Numbered from the stretch's first letter, positions 20,785-30,511 are shown. The stretch: 64,000 nt of DNA from an uncultured Planctomycetia bacterium (GCA_964565425.1 CAZMEZ010000003.1:18991-82990), one strand, 5' to 3'. Notes: a model not told the origin generated them from the letters alone. Made by a program: numbers and translations.

Positions 20785-23700
20785 ATGGACACCTTTCAGG
20801 AACATTACGATCGCTTGAACGACGAACAGCTGGAAGCCGTCGATATTATCGATGGCCCGCTTCTGGTCCTTGCCGGCCCCGGAACGGGCAAGACACAACT
20901 TCTTTCCGTGCGGGCCGCGAACATGATAAATAAAGGAAAAGCGGAACCCGAGAACATACTCATACTTACTTTCACCAATGCGGCGGCAAGGGCAATGAGG
21001 GAGCGCCTCGCCCGGATAATAGGCCACGAAGGCTATAATATTGAAGTGGAGACATTTCACAGCTTTGCCAATTCCATCATCCTGGAGTCGGAAAGCGCGA
21101 TAAAGTACGTAAAGGACAAGATAGATATAACCGACCTGGAAAAGGTCAGGTCGCTGCAGTATATCCTCGATAACGTGAAGGGCATGGAGCCCCTTAAGCC
21201 CTTCGGTGCGCCTTACATGCATCTGGTGGAGATCGGCAACAGGATAAGCGAGCTCAAGAACGAAGGCATTTCCCCGGGTGAATTGAAAAATCATTTGAAA
21301 GACCTCGTCCCCGACGGCATTAATATCGAGGAAAAGCACATCCCGCGCCTGAAAGCGCTTTCGCTGGCCTATGAAAAATACGAGAGACTTAAAAACGAGG
21401 AGTCTTCGGTGCTTTTCGACGAAAGGGGCCGCAAAGATTTCGACGACATGATACTTATAGCTCTTGACGCCCTGCGCAAGGATGCCGACCTGCGCGTTTC
21501 CATGAGAGAACAGTATAAGTACGTAATGGTGGACGAGTACCAGGACACTAACGGAGCGCAGCTCCAGCTGTTATTCTCGATACTCGATCCGGAACGCCCG
21601 AACCTGTGCTGCGTGGGGGACGATGATCAGTCTATCTACCGTTTTCAGGGGGCCACGCTCTCGAACTTCCGCGTTCTTAAAGAGACATTTCCCGGCCTTA
21701 AAACGGTTCTCCTGAAAGATAATTACCGGTCAACGGACGGGATAATAGATCTTTCAAAACAGATCATATCCCAGCTTCCCAATGAGGAAAGGGTCGCGGA
21801 AAAGATCCTCGATCCCCGCCGCGATTACAAGGAAAAGAAGATACAGTTCCTGGAGTTCATGACGGAGGAAGAAGAGCTGGCATTCATGATCGCAGAGATA
21901 AGGAAACAGGCCGGAACTATAAAGAAAGACAGTTCGCTTGATGAGGGCACGAGAGATAAACCCTACAATAGCATGGCGGTTCTTGTCAGAAAACGGGACC
22001 AAAGGCAGAAGGTGATAGAGGCGTTCCTCAAGGCGGGCATACCGTACGCGTCCGACGGGAAAGAAGATATACGCATGGAGAAGCGCGTTCGCCAGATGTT
22101 GGACGTCCTGGAACTGGCTCATGTCGACCTGGAGAACAATGAAAGGAAATCCCTGGCCTTGTACAAGTTGCTGACCTCGGATTATACCGGGGCATCCCAG
22201 AGCGACGTGCTGAAACTCATAGGCCGGGTAAACGCAAAAAAGAGAGTTTTCAGGGGCAAGGATCTGGAAAAGTTCAGATCCGTGAATCTTTTCAGCGAGT
22301 TTTTTGCCGTCTTCCCCGTAAGCGGTGAAACTCCGCCTTCGGAAGAGGGGTCGAGGAAGCTCAGGGCGACAAAGGATATGGCGCTTGATGACCCGCTTGC
22401 CCTGCACAGGGCTGCCTGGGCCTTGAACAGGGTCCTTAAAGACGCCCGCGCGAATCCCATACACGATATACTGATGCGTTACATCGAGGATACCGGGCTT
22501 TACAGGTTCATACTTGAAAGCTACGAGGACAATCAGGTCGTCAGGGTGAGGGATCTAAGGGCCCTGGTCTCTTTTATCAACATGATAAAAGAGTCCAGCC
22601 TTTCCAGTCCGTCCCTTAGGCTGGATGATCTGATGCAAGAGCTGGAACTGAGGGAGGTCCACGGTATGCCCATAAACGGTGAACTGGCGACGCTTAGCCA
22701 GGACGGCGTGAGGATATATACGGCGCACAGCGCGAAAGGCCTCGAGTTCCATACGGTCTTTTTGCCTTTTTGTCTCGAGCAGAAGAGTTGGCCGGTCCGC
22801 AGCAAAGGCGACGTGGTGCCGTTGCCGCCGGATATATACAAGAGCAAGGAAAAGGTCGATGAAAAAAAGAAGCTTAAGCTGCTGAATCTTTACGATGAAT
22901 TGCGGCTTTTTTACGTTGCTTCCACCCGCGCGAAAGCGAACCTGATCTATACCGCTACACCCGGAGAAAAGGTCATAATCAGCCGTTTCCTGAGCCACGT
23001 TGATCTGAACCCGGGATCCGGCTCGCCTTCATCGGAGGAAGATTTTCTTTCGGGTCTATTGAGGGATACCCGCGAGAGGGACGCTTTGCAGGAAGTTTCC
23101 GGCATACTGAAGGATATTGTAAAGGATCTTACCCTGAACCCGACAAGCCTCAACAACTACATAACCTGCAGGAGGAAATTCCTGTACGATAATGTGCTGA
23201 TGCTGCCGGGCAGAAAGAACCAGAACCTGGTGTTCGGGAACTGCGCCCACAAGGCCTTGGAGGAGGTTTACAAGTATTTCATGGATAAAAAGAAATTCCC
23301 GCATTTTTCCTTTTTCAAAAAAGCCTTCCTGTCCGAGCTGGAATACCAGGGGGTGAGTGATAACATCAAGAAAGGTTGCGCGGTAAAACTGGATGACCTC
23401 GATGGCTGGTACACGAAAATGTCCAGATCTCCCGTGATGCCTCTGGACCTCGAGAACAAACTTGAAATATCCATACCCTGCGGACCGGTTTTCAGGGGCA
23501 CTTTCGATAAGATAGAGAGGGAGGAAGAAGGGGCGATAAAGGTCATAGATTATAAAACCGGGAAGCCCGATAAGCACGTCAAAGCGATATTCAACTGTAA
23601 GGATCTGTCGAGATACGAGTGCGACGATTATTACCGGCAACTCATAGCCTACAAGATGCTGTACGAAAAAGCCTTGCAGGGGAGAAGGAAGGAGAGGGTG

Positions 23701-23940
23701 ACAAAAGGCGTGCTGCAGTTCCTTGAACCTGTGGCCGAAACGGTCAAAAAATACGGATTGGAAAAAGGCACTTACAGGGAAGAGACGGTAGAACTTACCG
23801 AGGACATGGTGGGTGAGCTGGAAAGAGTCATCATAAAGTGCTGGAAAGATATACAGGGGCTGAAGTTTGACAAGTTGTCCGAGAGGGACGATAGGGAGAG
23901 ATGCAGGATCTGCCAGTATGATTCTATTTGCTGGGGGTGA
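20785..23940 (+). CDS. UvrD/PcrA-like SF1 helicase fused to a C-terminal PD-(D/E)XK nuclease with Fe-S cysteines (AdnA/B-like)
   Basis: AGPGTGKT, TFT..AA, VDEYQD, VGDDDQSIYRFQGA, NYRS, HSAKGLEF, YVASTRA; GTFDKI, IDYKTG, QL..Y, C...CRICQYDSIC. Confidence 0.92.
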   Translation: MDTFQEHYDRLNDEQLEAVDIIDGPLLVLAGPGTGKTQLLSVRAANMINKGKAEPENILILTFTNAAARAMRERLARIIGHEGYNIEVETFHSFANSIILESESAIKYVKDKIDITDLEKVRSLQYILDNVKGMEPLKPFGAPYMHLVEIGNRISELKNEGISPGELKNHLKDLVPDGINIEEKHIPRLKALSLAYEKYERLKNEESSVLFDERGRKDFDDMILIALDALRKDADLRVSMREQYKYVMVDEYQDTNGAQLQLLFSILDPERPNLCCVGDDDQSIYRFQGATLSNFRVLKETFPGLKTVLLKDNYRSTDGIIDLSKQIISQLPNEERVAEKILDPRRDYKEKKIQFLEFMTEEEELAFMIAEIRKQAGTIKKDSSLDEGTRDKPYNSMAVLVRKRDQRQKVIEAFLKAGIPYASDGKEDIRMEKRVRQMLDVLELAHVDLENNERKSLALYKLLTSDYTGASQSDVLKLIGRVNAKKRVFRGKDLEKFRSVNLFSEFFAVFPVSGETPPSEEGSRKLRATKDMALDDPLALHRAAWALNRVLKDARANPIHDILMRYIEDTGLYRFILESYEDNQVVRVRDLRALVSFINMIKESSLSSPSLRLDDLMQELELREVHGMPINGELATLSQDGVRIYTAHSAKGLEFHTVFLPFCLEQKSWPVRSKGDVVPLPPDIYKSKEKVDEKKKLKLLNLYDELRLFYVASTRAKANLIYTATPGEKVIISRFLSHVDLNPGSGSPSSEEDFLSGLLRDTRERDALQEVSGILKDIVKDLTLNPTSLNNYITCRRKFLYDNVLMLPGRKNQNLVFGNCAHKALEEVYKYFMDKKKFPHFSFFKKAFLSELEYQGVSDNIKKGCAVKLDDLDGWYTKMSRSPVMPLDLENKLEISIPCGPVFRGTFDKIEREEEGAIKVIDYKTGKPDKHVKAIFNCKDLSRYECDDYYRQLIAYKMLYEKALQGRRKERVTKGVLQFLEPVAETVKKYGLEKGTYREETVELTEDMVGELERVIIKCWKDIQGLKFDKLSERDDRERCRICQYDSICWG

Positions 23941-23982
23941 TGTTCAAGGCTAAAGGCGAAAGAGAGCGCCAGCGCGCCAGGT

Positions 23983-24165
23983 AAAATATCAAAAATCAAA
24001 AAGCAAAGTTCAAATATATAGATCAAAATCCAAGATACTTATTTTTGCTTTTTGATATGAATTGTTGAATTTTAACCCGCATTACTATCACGTAATCTGC
24101 GATCATCTGTGTTTAACGAACAACGATAAACGAATAACGCACAACGCACTGCGATAATACGATAA
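23983..24165. repeat. Inverted ATCAAAA / TTTTGAT arrays plus an AACGAWH array
   Basis: ATCAAAA ATCAAAA AGCAAAG TTCAAA ... TTTTTGC TTTTTGA; then AACGAAC AACGATA AACGAAT AACGCAC. Confidence 0.7.
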
Positions 24166-24180
24166 AAAGGAGCCATAGCC

Positions 24181-25200
24181 ATGGATAAAAAATTCGTAAA
24201 GGAGCTGAAGGTCAACGAGCTGGTTGATTCGGCGTTCAAGCTGGAGAAAAAGGAGCTGAAACTGACGAAATACGACAAGCCGTATCTCCATCTCGGTCTA
24301 TCCGATAAGACGGGAAAGATAGAAGCCCGCCTGTGGGACGACGCCGAAAAGTTCAATGAAGCGGTGGAATCCGGCGATGTTGTGAGGGTGAAGGGGACCG
24401 TCGATAAGTACCGTGAAGAAAAGCAGCTCAAGATAGATTTCATCGAAAAAGCCGACGATCGCTCTTACAGGTACGAGGATATGGTGCGTGTCGCGGAGAA
24501 CAGGGATAAGCTGTTAAGCGATGCCCTGGGGTATCTGAACAGCATAAAGAACCCGTGGCTCAAGACCCTGAAAGACGGTCTGGCCGGGGATGAAAGTTTC
24601 ATGGAGAGGTTCAAGGACGGCCTGGGGGGCAAGATGTGGCATAACGCGTATATCGGCGGACTTCTTGAGCACACGTACGAGGTAATGTATATCGTGGACA
24701 GGATGTGCGTTATCTATCCCGAGGCGGACAGGGACATGACCCTGTTCGGGGCTTTTATACACGATATCGGAAAGGTATATGAGCTTGACCCGGTCAAGGT
24801 TGAATATACCGTCGAAGGCGGGCTTGTAGGGCATATCGTGATAGGGCATAAGATGCTCATGGAGAAGATAGCCGGTATCGCCGACTTTCCCGAGGATCTC
24901 CGTATCCGTCTTGAACACATCATACTCAGCCACCACGGTGAATACGAGCAGCAGTCGCCGGTGCTGCCCAAGACTCTGGAAGCCACGATCATATATCACT
25001 CGGATGAGCTGGTATCGCAGGCGAACGCGATAAAGGAGATACAGAAGAGCCAGGCGGAGGAAGGCAGGGTATGGAGCCATTTCGTAGGGATCAAGAACAG
25101 GAAGTACTACATAAGGGACTCCAGCGAAGAGGACTGGACCCGTCCGCGGAAGAATACGGAAAAACGGGATAAAGCCAAAGATGATCTTTTTGGGTCGTAA
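24181..25200 (+). CDS. yhaM: YhaM/Cbf1-like 3'-5' exoribonuclease (OB fold plus HD domain)
   Basis: N-terminal OB fold (L.LSDKTG.I.ARLW), H..Y.GGLLEH, HDIGK, GHI, ILSHHG, PKT.EA. Confidence 0.88.
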   Translation: MDKKFVKELKVNELVDSAFKLEKKELKLTKYDKPYLHLGLSDKTGKIEARLWDDAEKFNEAVESGDVVRVKGTVDKYREEKQLKIDFIEKADDRSYRYEDMVRVAENRDKLLSDALGYLNSIKNPWLKTLKDGLAGDESFMERFKDGLGGKMWHNAYIGGLLEHTYEVMYIVDRMCVIYPEADRDMTLFGAFIHDIGKVYELDPVKVEYTVEGGLVGHIVIGHKMLMEKIAGIADFPEDLRIRLEHIILSHHGEYEQQSPVLPKTLEATIIYHSDELVSQANAIKEIQKSQAEEGRVWSHFVGIKNRKYYIRDSSEEDWTRPRKNTEKRDKAKDDLFGS

Positions 25201-25213
25201 GCGGGAGTGAACG

Positions 25214-25612
25214 GTGAGAGATGACAAGCGGGCGGCGATGGGCATGAACGCGAAAGATTTCGAGAAGCTGGTGATAAGAGCGCTTGAAAATTTACCCGGA
25301 AAATTCAAAGATAGCCTGGAAAATGTAGATGTCGTGATCGAGGACGAGCCCGCCCCGGAGCAGGCGAAGGCCGTTGATGTCTCACACAGACGAATGGTCC
25401 TGGGGCTATATCAAGGGGTGCCCTTGTTGCGCCGCAGCCATTATTACGGTCTCGTGATGCCCGATAAGATATCGATCTTCAGGAAGAACATCGAGAGGGT
25501 CTGTAATACGGAAGAGGAAATAGTGCGTCTGGTGACCCACACCGTCCAGCACGAGCTTGCACATCACTTCGGCATATCCGACCGGAGGCTCAAGGATCTC
25601 GGTATATATTGA
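25214..25612 (+). CDS. Zincin_1 minimal metallopeptidase
   Basis: LGLYQGVP, PDKISIFR, HELAHHFG. Confidence 0.88.
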   Translation: MRDDKRAAMGMNAKDFEKLVIRALENLPGKFKDSLENVDVVIEDEPAPEQAKAVDVSHRRMVLGLYQGVPLLRRSHYYGLVMPDKISIFRKNIERVCNTEEEIVRLVTHTVQHELAHHFGISDRRLKDLGIY

Positions 25613-25614
25613 AA

Positions 25615-25638
25615 CAGCGTTCAGCGGTCAGCGGACAG
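25615..25638. repeat. Short 7-mer array CAGCGnn x3
   Basis: CAGCGTT CAGCGGT CAGCGGA CAG directly after the stop codon. Confidence 0.55.
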
Positions 25639-25640
25639 GA

Positions 25641-25677
25641 TAAAAAAAGACGGCCTGTACAGGCCGTCTTTTTTTAT
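25641..25677. terminator. Bidirectional intrinsic terminator
   Basis: TAAAAAAAGACGGCCTG-TA-CAGGCCGTCTTTTTTTA between convergent genes. Confidence 0.85.
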
Positions 25678-25696
25678 CTGCGCCAAGCGTTTGGCT

Positions 25697-26686
25697 CTAT
25701 TCTTTACTCGGGTAGATCCTGACGTTATCTATATATATCGGTCCCGAGTAGGCAGGTTTATTCGATTCCACCCTTACCGCTATTTTGCGGATGTCCGCCT
25801 TGAATTCCTTGCTTACCGTGGTTCTCCTCCAGGTGGCGCTGTCGCCCTCGGATATATCGGCGGATATCGTGGTCCATTCGCCGGGTTTCATACGCGCGGT
25901 CCGCGTCATTTCCGTCCAGCGCCAATCTTCGCCGATGGTCAATATGATCTTTGCCCGCAACCCTACCGGGGCTTCCGGGGGCAGATAAATATCCACGGAG
26001 ATCGTGTCATAGCCCGTGAGGTTCAGGAAATGCTGTATCTCGACAATAGCCGCGGACCATTTGTCACCGGGAAATTCGGCGTAGATCCCCAGGCTTCCCG
26101 AACCGTTACTTGAGGCGCCTTCCACGGGTTCCATGGTACGGGCCACGTGGTCGGCCTTATCGTAAGTCCAGGAGGGTATTTCCCAGCCATTATCGTTGGT
26201 CTCAAAGTCGTAAAGCAGTTTTCCTCCTGACGCGGCGTTGGTGGCTACCGGGACATCGTACTTGTTCCAGTCATTAAAGAGCTTTTCCCGCACTTCTGGT
26301 TCCTTCTGGGGTGTCCTTGCTTCACGGATCTCGGGCTTTTTCGCCGAAACTAAATTTTCAGCGGGTAATGTAAATATTTTTTTTGCGGGTTTCGGGTCGA
26401 GAGAAATAGCGTATTTTTGCGACAGGAAATATCCCGCGGACAGAATTGCGCCCACCAAGACGACAGAAACCGCAAGCAGAACCTTGCGACCTACCGGTCG
26501 GGAAGGGCGCTTTTCCGGTTTTTTCCCCGCCGGTTTCTTTTGTCCCTCTTGGGGTTTGGCGCTCTTTTTAGCCTTTTCCTCCGGCTGTTCTTTCTTATCG
26601 CCGGTTTCAGGCTTTTCCGCCACGTTTCCGAAATATGCCCTGGAAAGCTCCAGATCTATTTTGTCCTGGATTTGCCGGTTGTTCAT
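25697..26686 (-). CDS. Bitopic membrane protein with a C-terminal carbohydrate-binding (galactose-binding-like/CBM) domain
   Basis: K/P/E-rich N-terminal region, one TM helix, LYDFE...GW and G.IYIDNVR jelly-roll signatures. Confidence 0.75.
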   Translation of the reverse strand: MNNRQIQDKIDLELSRAYFGNVAEKPETGDKKEQPEEKAKKSAKPQEGQKKPAGKKPEKRPSRPVGRKVLLAVSVVLVGAILSAGYFLSQKYAISLDPKPAKKIFTLPAENLVSAKKPEIREARTPQKEPEVREKLFNDWNKYDVPVATNAASGGKLLYDFETNDNGWEIPSWTYDKADHVARTMEPVEGASSNGSGSLGIYAEFPGDKWSAAIVEIQHFLNLTGYDTISVDIYLPPEAPVGLRAKIILTIGEDWRWTEMTRTARMKPGEWTTISADISEGDSATWRRTTVSKEFKADIRKIAVRVESNKPAYSGPIYIDNVRIYPSKE

Positions 26687-26965
26687 ATTTATTATTCTAA
26701 CACATTTGCTGTAAAATGGCTACAATAATCTACTTTTGAGGGTTTGTATCAATATTTTTTTAGAAATATCTTATTTTCCCCAAAAATATCTCCCCCCCTC
26801 AAGGGTATGACCATTTTGACATATGGCGGCAAGGGGGAACATTATATTTATTTTTTATTACCGCCTATTTACAACATAATAATAATATGTTATACTTTAT
26901 GCCAAATAGCACAAAATATAAGGCAATACGACCTTTAATACCACAAAATATATGGGGGGCGGGAT

Positions 26966-28012
26966 ATGAAAATAATCTCTGTAGCTAATCAAAAAGGCGG
27001 TTGTGGTAAGACAACGCTTGCAGTTAATGTGGCGGCCGCTCTCGCACGGATGGGCAATAAGACTCTCTTGATCGACCTGGACCCGCAGGCGCACGCGACT
27101 TTCGCTCTTGGTTACCTGAAAAAACATTCTGAAAGGAAGACTTCTTATGATATTTTCCGCGCCCGTTTCGACAATGTTGACGCTCCGCTGGAAGAGATAG
27201 TCATAACGGACAGGGAAAGACTGTCTTTTATCCCGGCGAACATGATGCTGAGCGCCGCTGAAATAAACCTCGGCAGCGTTAACGGGGCAGCAGCCATACT
27301 GCATAAGACCCTGCAGGACCCGTTTTTCGCCGAATATGACTACGTGATCGTGGACTCGCCGCCGAGTTTCGGTTTTCTTACGCTCAATTCCATGTATGCG
27401 GCTGACATGATAATAGTGCCGGTGGACCTGAGTTATTTTTCCTTCAACGGCATAAACAGTATTTACAGGGTGACCGGTCTGCTCAATAAGGAAACCGCAA
27501 GGACCCCTTCGGTGTTCTTCGTGATCAACATATATGACAAGCGTTCCAAATTCGCAAAGCAATTCGATAACGATGCGGGTAAAAAGCTCGGCCCGTATCT
27601 TCTCCCGACGAAGATACGCGCGAGTGTACGCCTCAGGGAAACGGCCAGGGAGGGGAAGACGATATTCGAGTATGATCCGAAGAGCCCCGTGGCCCTTGAT
27701 TTTTATAACCTGACAAGCGATATCCTGGCAGCCAATAACAGGGAGATAAAAGAGGTCGTAAAAGAGTTCGCGCTCTATGCGCCGGATGCGGGATCCGTGT
27801 ATGTTCTGGGTGATTTCAACAGCTGGCAGAAGGCCGACAGCAGCAGGCTGAGCAAGCTCGAGAACGGCCACTGGTCGGCCCACTTCACGCTGCCCAGCGG
27901 ACGCACCTATCGCTATAAGTTCCTGGTGGATGAAGAATGGACGCACGACCCGGAAAATTCCGCGCTGGAAAGGAACGCTTTCGGCACCGCCGATTCTATT
28001 CTGAAGCTGTAA
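26966..28012 (+). CDS. ParA/Soj family ATPase fused to a C-terminal CBM48 (AMPK-beta-like glycogen-binding) domain
   Basis: NQKGGCGKTT, IDLDPQ, VDSPP; VYVLGDFNSW...GHW...LPSGRTYRYKFLVDEEWTHDP. Confidence 0.92.
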   Translation: MKIISVANQKGGCGKTTLAVNVAAALARMGNKTLLIDLDPQAHATFALGYLKKHSERKTSYDIFRARFDNVDAPLEEIVITDRERLSFIPANMMLSAAEINLGSVNGAAAILHKTLQDPFFAEYDYVIVDSPPSFGFLTLNSMYAADMIIVPVDLSYFSFNGINSIYRVTGLLNKETARTPSVFFVINIYDKRSKFAKQFDNDAGKKLGPYLLPTKIRASVRLRETAREGKTIFEYDPKSPVALDFYNLTSDILAANNREIKEVVKEFALYAPDAGSVYVLGDFNSWQKADSSRLSKLENGHWSAHFTLPSGRTYRYKFLVDEEWTHDPENSALERNAFGTADSILKL

Positions 28013-28029
28013 TCCGTATTTTGTGACGC

Positions 28030-28072
28030 AGAGAGCAACGGGGAGGGAGTCCTTGCCGTTGCTCTCTTTTTT
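28030..28072 (+). terminator. Intrinsic terminator after ParA-CBM48
   Basis: AGAGAGCAACGG-loop-CCGTTGCTCTCT followed by a T tract. Confidence 0.82.
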
Positions 28073-28121
28073 ATCGGGTCCGCACAAAAGATCCTCGAAG
28101 GGGGCTTTAAAATACCGTTTG

Positions 28122-28559
28122 ATGAGTGGTAAAAATATGACAGGTTACAGAATAACCCCGAAAAAAGAAGAGGCCCTGAAGGAAAAGATGCGGCTTTACG
28201 GGGTGAGGGAAAGGGACCTCGCGGAGACCTTCATAAGAGCGGGTGGCCGTGGAGGTCAACACGTCAATAAGGTATCCACCTGTGTTTATCTGAAGCATAT
28301 ACCCAGCGGCATTGAGGTAAAGTGCGCCAGGGAACGTTCACAGAAGGCCAACCGTTTTATTGCCCGGAAAATACTTATAGAAAAGATCGAGAAGATGGCG
28401 CGTGAAAAGGCCGCCGCGGAAAAGCACCGGAGGGAAAAGCTGCGCAGGCAAAAACGCGGAAGGTCCAGAAAAGGCAAGGAAAAGATGCTTGTGGAAAAAA
28501 GGAAGCGGTCCAAAAAAAAGGCCCTTCGCGGAAAGGTCCGTCACGGGGCGGAGGACTGA
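28122..28559 (+). CDS. ArfB/YaeJ-like peptidyl-tRNA hydrolase (RF-1 domain)
   Basis: GGRGGQHVNK GGQ motif, RSQ..NR, very basic C-terminal tail; start could also be ATG 28137. Confidence 0.88.
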   Translation: MSGKNMTGYRITPKKEEALKEKMRLYGVRERDLAETFIRAGGRGGQHVNKVSTCVYLKHIPSGIEVKCARERSQKANRFIARKILIEKIEKMAREKAAAEKHRREKLRRQKRGRSRKGKEKMLVEKRKRSKKKALRGKVRHGAED

Positions 28560-28804
28560 TGAAGAAATTGAAGCTCGACCTTCACGATATTTGGAACAAG
28601 CATGGCCAGATAGAAAAAGCCCTTAACGATATTCTGCGGGAAGCCAGGGATAAGAAGGTAAAGATGGTCGAGATAATACCGGGTAAAGGTTCGGGGCAGC
28701 TCAAAAAACGCGTCCTTAAATTCCTCGAGAGGCACAGGGAACTGTACGACAGGGTGGAGAAAGATTCCAAGAACTGGGGAAGATTGTTCGTAAGGCTGAA
28801 ATGA
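28559..28804 (+). CDS. Stand-alone Smr (MutS2 C-terminal) domain protein
   Basis: LDLH, VEIIPGKGSGQLKKRV..FL, NWG...V; TGATG overlap with the upstream gene. Confidence 0.88.
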   Translation: MKKLKLDLHDIWNKHGQIEKALNDILREARDKKVKMVEIIPGKGSGQLKKRVLKFLERHRELYDRVEKDSKNWGRLFVRLK

Positions 28805-28923
28805 CAAGACCCAAATGTCAAAATAAAACGCAAATCCAAAATACGGGTAAAAGATCCCCGTTTATCGTTTGGGATTTGCCATTTGAGATTGATTTGTCAT
28901 TCGGATCTTGAAATTCGGGATTA
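28800..28923. repeat. Inverted degenerate CAAAT / ATTTG arrays
   Basis: AATGACAAGACCCAAATGTCAAAAT...CAAATCCAAAAT ... TTTGGGATTTGCCATTTGAGATTGATTTGTCATT. Confidence 0.7.
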
Positions 28924-28948
28924 AACGCATCGATAATATGGCTATGAT

Positions 28949-30511
28949 ATGGCTAAAAGAATAAGGGATTCATGGGGCTCAAGGATAGGCGTCATAATGG
29001 CCGTTGCCGGTTCGGCGGTAGGCCTGGGAAATTTCCTTCGTTTTCCGGTGCAGGCGGCCAGGAACGGCGGCGGTGCGTTCATGATACCCTATTTCATAGC
29101 GCTTCTTCTGGTCGGTATACCTCTCATGCTTGTCGAGTGGGCTATCGGGCGTTACGGCGGCGGATTCGAGCATTCCACCGCACCCGGGGTATTCCACAGT
29201 TTATGGGAGAAGAACCGATTCATCAAGTATTTCGGCGTGATCGGCATATTCGGACCCCTCGTTATAATGATCTACTACACGTACATAGAATCATGGACTC
29301 TTGCTTATAGCTTTTTCGCGCTTGTCCAGAAATACGCCGGGATAACGGACCAGATATCGATGGAGGCGTTCCTTAGGGGTTTCCAGGGGCTGGAGAGAAA
29401 CCAGTATTTTTCGAGTATCGGCACGGCTTATGTGTTCTTCCTGATAACTTTCATCATAAATATGATAGTGCTGGGACACGGAATAAAGGGCGGCATCGAG
29501 CGTTTTTGCAAATTCGCCATGCCCACTCTTTTTATTTTCGGTATAATACTCACGATCCGCGTGCTTACGCTCGGAAGCCCGGACGCGGCCAGGCCCGACT
29601 GGAACATTGTTAATGGTCTCGGCTACCTGTGGAACCCCGACCTGTCGCAGCTCAAGAGCGCCAGGATATGGCTGGCGGCAACGGGACAGATATTCTTCAC
29701 CCTGAGCGTGGGAATGGGAGTTATATTGACATACGCCAGTTACCTGAAAAAAGGTGACGATGTTGCCCTGTCGGGGCTTACGGCGGTAAGCATGAACGAA
29801 TCGGCGGAAGTGCTGCTTGGTGGCAGCATAATAATACCGGCGGCATTTGCCTTCTTCGGGCCGATGGCAATAAGCTCGATAGCCGGTTCAGGGGCCTTCA
29901 ACCTGGGTTTTGTGACAATGCCGCTCATACTGCAGAAAATGCCTTTCCCGGAAGTGTTCGGTTTCCTGTGGTTCGGCCTTCTTTTTCTTGCGGGAGTTAC
30001 TTCCTCGGTCTCCATGGCACAGCCGGCGATCGCCTTTCTTGAAGACGAATTCGACATAGACAGGCGAAAAGCCGTTTTGAGCTTCGGGGCGATCACTTTT
30101 CTTCTCTGCAACTGCGCTATATTTTTTCTCGGCAGGGGCGTTGTCGATGAGCTTGATTTCTGGGGAGGCACGTTCTGTCTTGTGCTCTTCGCCACCGTAG
30201 AGGTCATACTTTTCGGGTGGATATTCGGCATAAATAAGGCGTGGGAAGAGGTGCATCACGGAGCCGACCTCAGGATTCCGGGCATATACAAGCACATCAT
30301 AAAGTACGTGACCCCGCTCTTTCTTATCATCGTGTTATGTGCCTGGTTCTTCCAGGAATGGCTGCCGATAATACGGATGGACGGTGTGCCCGACGCCAAC
30401 AGGAATTACATAATGGGCACGCGTGTCGGGCTATGGCTGATCTTCCTGACCCTGGCCGTCATGGTCAAGATAGCATGGAGGAAGAGGCGGGCGAAGAGGG
30501 GGAGGGCATGA
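28949..30511 (+). CDS. Sodium-dependent transporter, NSS/SNF family
   Basis: GSAVGLGNFLRFP, GGGAFMIPY, QIFFTLS.G.G, TYASY. Confidence 0.95.
   Translation: MAKRIRDSWGSRIGVIMAVAGSAVGLGNFLRFPVQAARNGGGAFMIPYFIALLLVGIPLMLVEWAIGRYGGGFEHSTAPGVFHSLWEKNRFIKYFGVIGIFGPLVIMIYYTYIESWTLAYSFFALVQKYAGITDQISMEAFLRGFQGLERNQYFSSIGTAYVFFLITFIINMIVLGHGIKGGIERFCKFAMPTLFIFGIILTIRVLTLGSPDAARPDWNIVNGLGYLWNPDLSQLKSARIWLAATGQIFFTLSVGMGVILTYASYLKKGDDVALSGLTAVSMNESAEVLLGGSIIIPAAFAFFGPMAISSIAGSGAFNLGFVTMPLILQKMPFPEVFGFLWFGLLFLAGVTSSVSMAQPAIAFLEDEFDIDRRKAVLSFGAITFLLCNCAIFFLGRGVVDELDFWGGTFCLVLFATVEVILFGWIFGINKAWEEVHHGADLRIPGIYKHIIKYVTPLFLIIVLCAWFFQEWLPIIRMDGVPDANRNYIMGTRVGLWLIFLTLAVMVKIAWRKRRAKRGRA

Noticed and set aside
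20785-23940. Anti-phage defence or Cas4 role for the helicase-nuclease
   Set aside because: The context is housekeeping, with no defence partners or mobility genes; the architecture fits DNA repair.
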